58,734 bases of DNA from NCBI GenBank assembly GCA_050486505.1, contig JBJHDK010000008.1, positions 1-58,734 of the forward strand. Reading direction: 5' to 3'. The translations under genes were made by a program, and so were the position numbers. The DNA is from Fibrobacteria bacterium (GTDB taxonomy: Bacteria; Fibrobacterota; Fibrobacteria; UBA11236). Below, one piece after another: positions 54,795 to 58,734 of this stretch (positions are counted from its first letter, which is position 1; every line of letters starts with the position of its first letter). A model generated the notes under the pieces. That model saw nothing but the letters and a program-made list of their open reading frames with translations. It was not told the DNA's origin and did not search any database.

Positions 54795-55253
54795 ATGATG
54801 CGCTCGCGCACACTTGTTTCCACCGCCGCATTCGTGGCGCTCGCCGCCTGGGCCAACGTGCAGGCCATGGCCTGTTGCTGGTTGCCGGATACCGTCTCCG
54901 CTGCCCGGTCCCTGAGCGGAGTCGAAGTGGAAGGACCCATGGCGGCGGATCATTCCTGCTGTCCGTCCTCGCAGGGCGCGGCGGATTCCGAAGCCTCCGG
55001 CAGTTCTGATGCCTCCGGTGGTTGCGGGATGGATGCCCAAGGTTTCACGTCCCCCTGTTGTGAATCCGGCGAAACCGCAGCGGTTTCCTCAGCGTCCACC
55101 GCAGGCCACAACGAAGCCCCGATGGGAACCATGGTTCTCACCGAGTCCCCTCTCGAAGCCGTGTCTGCGAAGACGTCGTCCCCTGTTCTTGTTTCAGCAT
55201 CTCCTCCGAACGGCTCCCCGCCGTTCTTGTCGTTTCAGCGCCTGCTGATTTGA
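54795..55253 (+). CDS. Cys-rich small protein upstream of the heavy-metal RND pump
   Basis: ACC, HSCC, GCG, PCC motifs and PP..SPP...LLI C-terminus. Confidence 0.6.
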   Translation: MMRSRTLVSTAAFVALAAWANVQAMACCWLPDTVSAARSLSGVEVEGPMAADHSCCPSSQGAADSEASGSSDASGGCGMDAQGFTSPCCESGETAAVSSASTAGHNEAPMGTMVLTESPLEAVSAKTSSPVLVSASPPNGSPPFLSFQRLLI

Positions 55254-55386
55254 TCCTGCGCGGTTTGTAGCCGCGTTCCCCGTCCAGCCAGTTTGTCGGA
55301 TCGCGTGCATGGATGATTCCGTGCGGCCATCCGATCTGAACCGCGATTCCGTCGTATTGCGCGACGCAATTGCACCGGGAGGATCC

Positions 55387-58300
55387 ATGTTGAAGGCCGT
55401 CATCCGGTTCTTTTTGGAAAACAAGCTCGTTACCGCCGTGCTGGCCGCGCTGGCGATCGGTGCGGGGGTGGCAACGGCTCCGTTCGACTGGCGCACGGGC
55501 GCATTGCCGCGTTCCCCCGTGCCGGTGGACGCGATTCCCGACATCGGGGAGAACCAGCAAATCGTCTTCACGGAGTGGATGGGGCGCAGTCCCCGGGATG
55601 TGGAAGACCAGATCACGTACCCCCTGACCACGGCCCTGCTGGGTTTGCCGGGTGTGGAGAGCGTGCGCAGTACGTCGATGTTCGGGTTCTCCACGATCGC
55701 GGTGATCTTCGGGGACGGGGTGGAATACTACTGGAGTCGTTCGCGCGTTCTGGAGAAGCTGGCGGCGCTGCCTCCCGACCTGTTGCCCGAGGGCGTGGCG
55801 CCCACGCTGGGGCCCGATGCCACGGCGCTGGGACAGGTGTTCTGGTACACGCTGGAGGGGCGCGATGCCGACGGGAATCCTGCCGGCGGGTGGGACTTGC
55901 ACGAGCTGCGCTCGATCCAGGATTACCATGTGCGTCCGGCGCTGTCCGCAGCGGCGGGGGTGTCGGAGGTCGCGTCGGTGGGCGGCTTCGTGCGCGAATA
56001 CCAGGTGGAACTCGATCCGGCGGCGCTGGCGGCGCGCGGGATCGGCTTGATGGAGGTGACCGAGGCCCTGCGCAACGCCAATCGCGACGCGGGCGCGAAC
56101 ACGCTGGAGATCAACCGTGTCGAGTACCTCGTGCGCGGCCTCGGCGCGATCCGGTCGATCGAGGACATCGAAGAGGCGGTGATCACGGTAGCCGACGGTG
56201 TTCCCGTCCGCATCCGCGACGTGGCACACGTACAGATCGGGCCGGCACCGCGCGGGCACGGCGGCATTCTCGACAAGGGCGGCTCGGAGGCGGTGGGCGG
56301 CGTGGTGACGGCACGCTACGGTGACAACCCCTTGCGTGTGATCGCCGGGGTCAAGGAGAAGATCGCGGAGATCGCGCCGGGCCTTCCCGCGCGCACGCTG
56401 GAGGACGGGCGCATTTCCAAAGTGACACTCGTGCCCTTCTATGATCGCACCGAATTGATTCAGGAAACCCTGGCGACGCTGTATGACGCCATCAGCCTGC
56501 AGGTGTTGGTCACCATCATCGTCATCCTCATCCTCGTGATGCACCTGCGCGCGGCGCTGGCGATTTCGGCGATGCTGCCGCTTGCGGTGCTGCTGTGCTT
56601 CGTGATGATGCGTCACTTCGGCGTGGACGCCAACGTGGTCGCGCTCTCGGGTATCGCCATCGCCATCGGCACCATCGTTGACCTCGGCATCATCCTCAGC
56701 GAGAACGTGCTGCGGCACCAGCGTGAGGCCATCGACGCGAAATCCGGTCGTCCGGTTTCCGAAATCATCCGCGACGCGGTGTCCGAAGTTTCCGGCGCGA
56801 TCCTCACGGCGGTGGCCACCACCATCGTGAGCTTCCTTCCCGTGTTCACCTTGCAGGCTGCCGAGGGCAAGCTCTTCGGGCCGCTGGCGTGGACCAAGAC
56901 CTTCGCACTGGTCGCGGCGTTGCTCGTCACCTTTCTGCTGTTGCCCGCGCTGCTGCACGTCGTGCTGGCGTTCAAGGCGGCGGGTGCGGACCGGTCACGG
57001 ATCCGTACGGCGTGGCATCTGTTGCTGTTGGTGGGTGGGGGTGTTCTGTTGTTCCTGCTGCCTTGGGCGGGGGTCGCCCTGCTGGCGCTCGGGTTGAGCG
57101 GGATGCTGCGCGGCCTCGATCCCGACCGGTGGAACGCCCCTACGCTCCGGCGCACGCTTCATTGGCACAGCGAGCGGCATGGTGTGGTGACCGTGGCGAT
57201 CCTCGTCGCGGCGACCGCGTGGCTGCTGTCGGATCTCTGGCGACCGCTGGGCGTGGAGAAATCCGTCGTAGTGAATTTCCTGTTCGTTGCGATTTGTATC
57301 GGATTCGTGTTGGGGGCGTTCACGTTCTTCCTCGCGCGGTACACGCGCATGCTGGAGTGGTGCTTGCGACACAAAGCGGCCTTCCTCGCGCTTCCGGTCG
57401 TGCTGGTGCTGTTGGGCTTCAACGTGTGGCTGGGCTTCGACCGCGTCTTCGGCCCCGTCGCCACCGCGATCGAAAAGACGGGCTGGAACGTGCGCGCCTC
57501 CGCGCTGTGGAGCGGGCCGGCACACGCCTTCCCCGGCATGGGCAAGGAGTTCATGCCCTCGCTCGACGAGGGTGCCTTCCTGCTGATGCCGACCACGATG
57601 CCGCACGCGGGCGTGGAGGAGAACCGCGCGGTGCTGCGCGAGTTGGATCGGCGCGTGCAGGCGATTCCCGAGGTGCACACCGTGGTCGGCAAGGCCGGTC
57701 GCGCCGAGACCGCGCTCGACCCGGCGCCCTTGTCGATGTTCGAGAACGTGATCCTGTACAAGAGCGAGTATGGGCGCGATGCCGACGGGAAGCGCGTGCG
57801 CCAATGGCGCGACCACATTCGCACGCCCGACGACATCTGGGACGAGATCGTCGCGGCGACGGCCGACATTCCCGGCGCGACCTCTGCGCCGAAGCTGCAA
57901 CCCATCGAGACCCGCCTCGTCATGCTGCAGACCGGGATGCGCGCCCCCATGGGCGTGAAGGTGTTCGGCCCGGATCTCGAAACCATCGAGGCCTTCAGCC
58001 TGCGGCTGGAGGAGGTGTTGAAGGAGGTGCCGTCGGTGCGCCCGGAAGGCGTGTATGCGGATCGCAGCCTGGGCAAGCCGTATCTGGAGGTCGACTGGGA
58101 CCGGCGCGCGCTGGCCCGGCACGGCCTGTCGGTGGAGGCGGCGCAGCACGTCCTTGAAACGGCGGTGGGCGGCATGGCCATCACCACGACGGTGGAAGGC
58201 CGCGAACGTTATGTCGTGCGCGCGCGCTACGCCCGCGAGTGGCGCGACTCGCCCGAGTCGCTGGCGCGCATCCTGTTGGCGGCCCCGACGGGGGCGCAGG

Positions 58301-58734
58301 TCCCCTTGGGTGAAGTCGCTTCGATCGGCTACCGCGCGGGTCCGATGATGATCCGCGGCGAGGACGCCTTCCCGGTGGGCTACGTGATGCTCGACAAGCG
58401 CGAAGGCTTTGCCGAGGTCACCGTGGTCGAGGACGCCACCCGTTATCTCCAGCGCTTGGTCGCGTCCGGCGAACTGGATGTGCCTGCAGGTGTGAGTTGG
58501 CGTTTCTCCGGAGCGTATGAGAACCAGGTGCGCGCCGAGCGGCGGTTGGCGGTGGTCGTGCCGTTGTCGCTGGCGTTGATCTTCCTCATCCTTCACTTGC
58601 AGTTCCGTTCCACGGCAATTTCGCTGATGATTTTCTCGGGCGTGGCGTTGTCGTTCGCGGGGGGATTCCTGCTGTTGTGGTTGTACGGGTTCGCGGGATT
58701 CATGGACTTCTCCGTGTTCGGTGTGAACCAACAC
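55387..58734 (+). CDS. CusA/CzcA-family heavy-metal efflux RND permease (truncated by window end)
   Basis: Not in the ORF track (no stop in the window). RBS GGAGG; MLKAVIRFFLENK...VDAIPDIGENQQIV...VEDQITYPLTT, LGPDATALG, GIAIAIG, FLPVF, EFMPSLDEG. Confidence 0.93.
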   Translation, partial: MLKAVIRFFLENKLVTAVLAALAIGAGVATAPFDWRTGALPRSPVPVDAIPDIGENQQIVFTEWMGRSPRDVEDQITYPLTTALLGLPGVESVRSTSMFGFSTIAVIFGDGVEYYWSRSRVLEKLAALPPDLLPEGVAPTLGPDATALGQVFWYTLEGRDADGNPAGGWDLHELRSIQDYHVRPALSAAAGVSEVASVGGFVREYQVELDPAALAARGIGLMEVTEALRNANRDAGANTLEINRVEYLVRGLGAIRSIEDIEEAVITVADGVPVRIRDVAHVQIGPAPRGHGGILDKGGSEAVGGVVTARYGDNPLRVIAGVKEKIAEIAPGLPARTLEDGRISKVTLVPFYDRTELIQETLATLYDAISLQVLVTIIVILILVMHLRAALAISAMLPLAVLLCFVMMRHFGVDANVVALSGIAIAIGTIVDLGIILSENVLRHQREAIDAKSGRPVSEIIRDAVSEVSGAILTAVATTIVSFLPVFTLQAAEGKLFGPLAWTKTFALVAALLVTFLLLPALLHVVLAFKAAGADRSRIRTAWHLLLLVGGGVLLFLLPWAGVALLALGLSGMLRGLDPDRWNAPTLRRTLHWHSERHGVVTVAILVAATAWLLSDLWRPLGVEKSVVVNFLFVAICIGFVLGAFTFFLARYTRMLEWCLRHKAAFLALPVVLVLLGFNVWLGFDRVFGPVATAIEKTGWNVRASALWSGPAHAFPGMGKEFMPSLDEGAFLLMPTTMPHAGVEENRAVLRELDRRVQAIPEVHTVVGKAGRAETALDPAPLSMFENVILYKSEYGRDADGKRVRQWRDHIRTPDDIWDEIVAATADIPGATSAPKLQPIETRLVMLQTGMRAPMGVKVFGPDLETIEAFSLRLEEVLKEVPSVRPEGVYADRSLGKPYLEVDWDRRALARHGLSVEAAQHVLETAVGGMAITTTVEGRERYVVRARYAREWRDSPESLARILLAAPTGAQVPLGEVASIGYRAGPMMIRGEDAFPVGYVMLDKREGFAEVTVVEDATRYLQRLVASGELDVPAGVSWRFSGAYENQVRAERRLAVVVPLSLALIFLILHLQFRSTAISLMIFSGVALSFAGGFLLLWLYGFAGFMDFSVFGVNQH

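Noticed and set aside
55138..58734. Long minus-strand ORFs (606 and 579 aa)
   Set aside because: Shadows of the + strand RND permease, which the ORF track missed because it has no stop in the window.

Overview
High-GC bacterial chromosomal window, probably from an FCB-superphylum organism such as Fibrobacterota. This is inferred from the serS-porX-like-tsaE synteny and T9SS-like C-terminal tails. Ordinary content: trpE/trpG, a subtilase, glutaminyl cyclase, a B12/iron ABC transporter, a divergent TonB-dependent receptor, serS, an Mla/MCE system with TolC, a GH88-SDR-eda-kdgK catabolic locus, a cfa + FAD oxidoreductase + 2OG oxygenase operon, maltokinase and a truncated CusA/CzcA pump. Two accessory systems stand out. 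(1) A complete lasso-peptide (RiPP) cluster at ~32.1-42.0 kb with B1, B2, cyclase, ABC exporter, HPr-like kinase, nucleotidyltransferase and two methyltransferases (one PRMT-like with an RRE-like N-terminus). It carries three tandem precursors whose predicted cores share Ala1, Asp8, Cys12, Cys22 and a C-terminal Ser. (2) A four-gene array of paralogous lipoproteins at 45.6-52.2 kb plus a convergent 85-aa lipoprotein. Together they show the sequence logic of a type V-like donor-strand pilus: a conserved Lys after the first strand, a conserved C-terminal strand, a candidate tip subunit with ~900 aa of propeller repeats inserted and no C-terminal strand, and a mini-lipoprotein that is little more than signal plus that strand. 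All calls come from motif reading by eye; no database searches were run.
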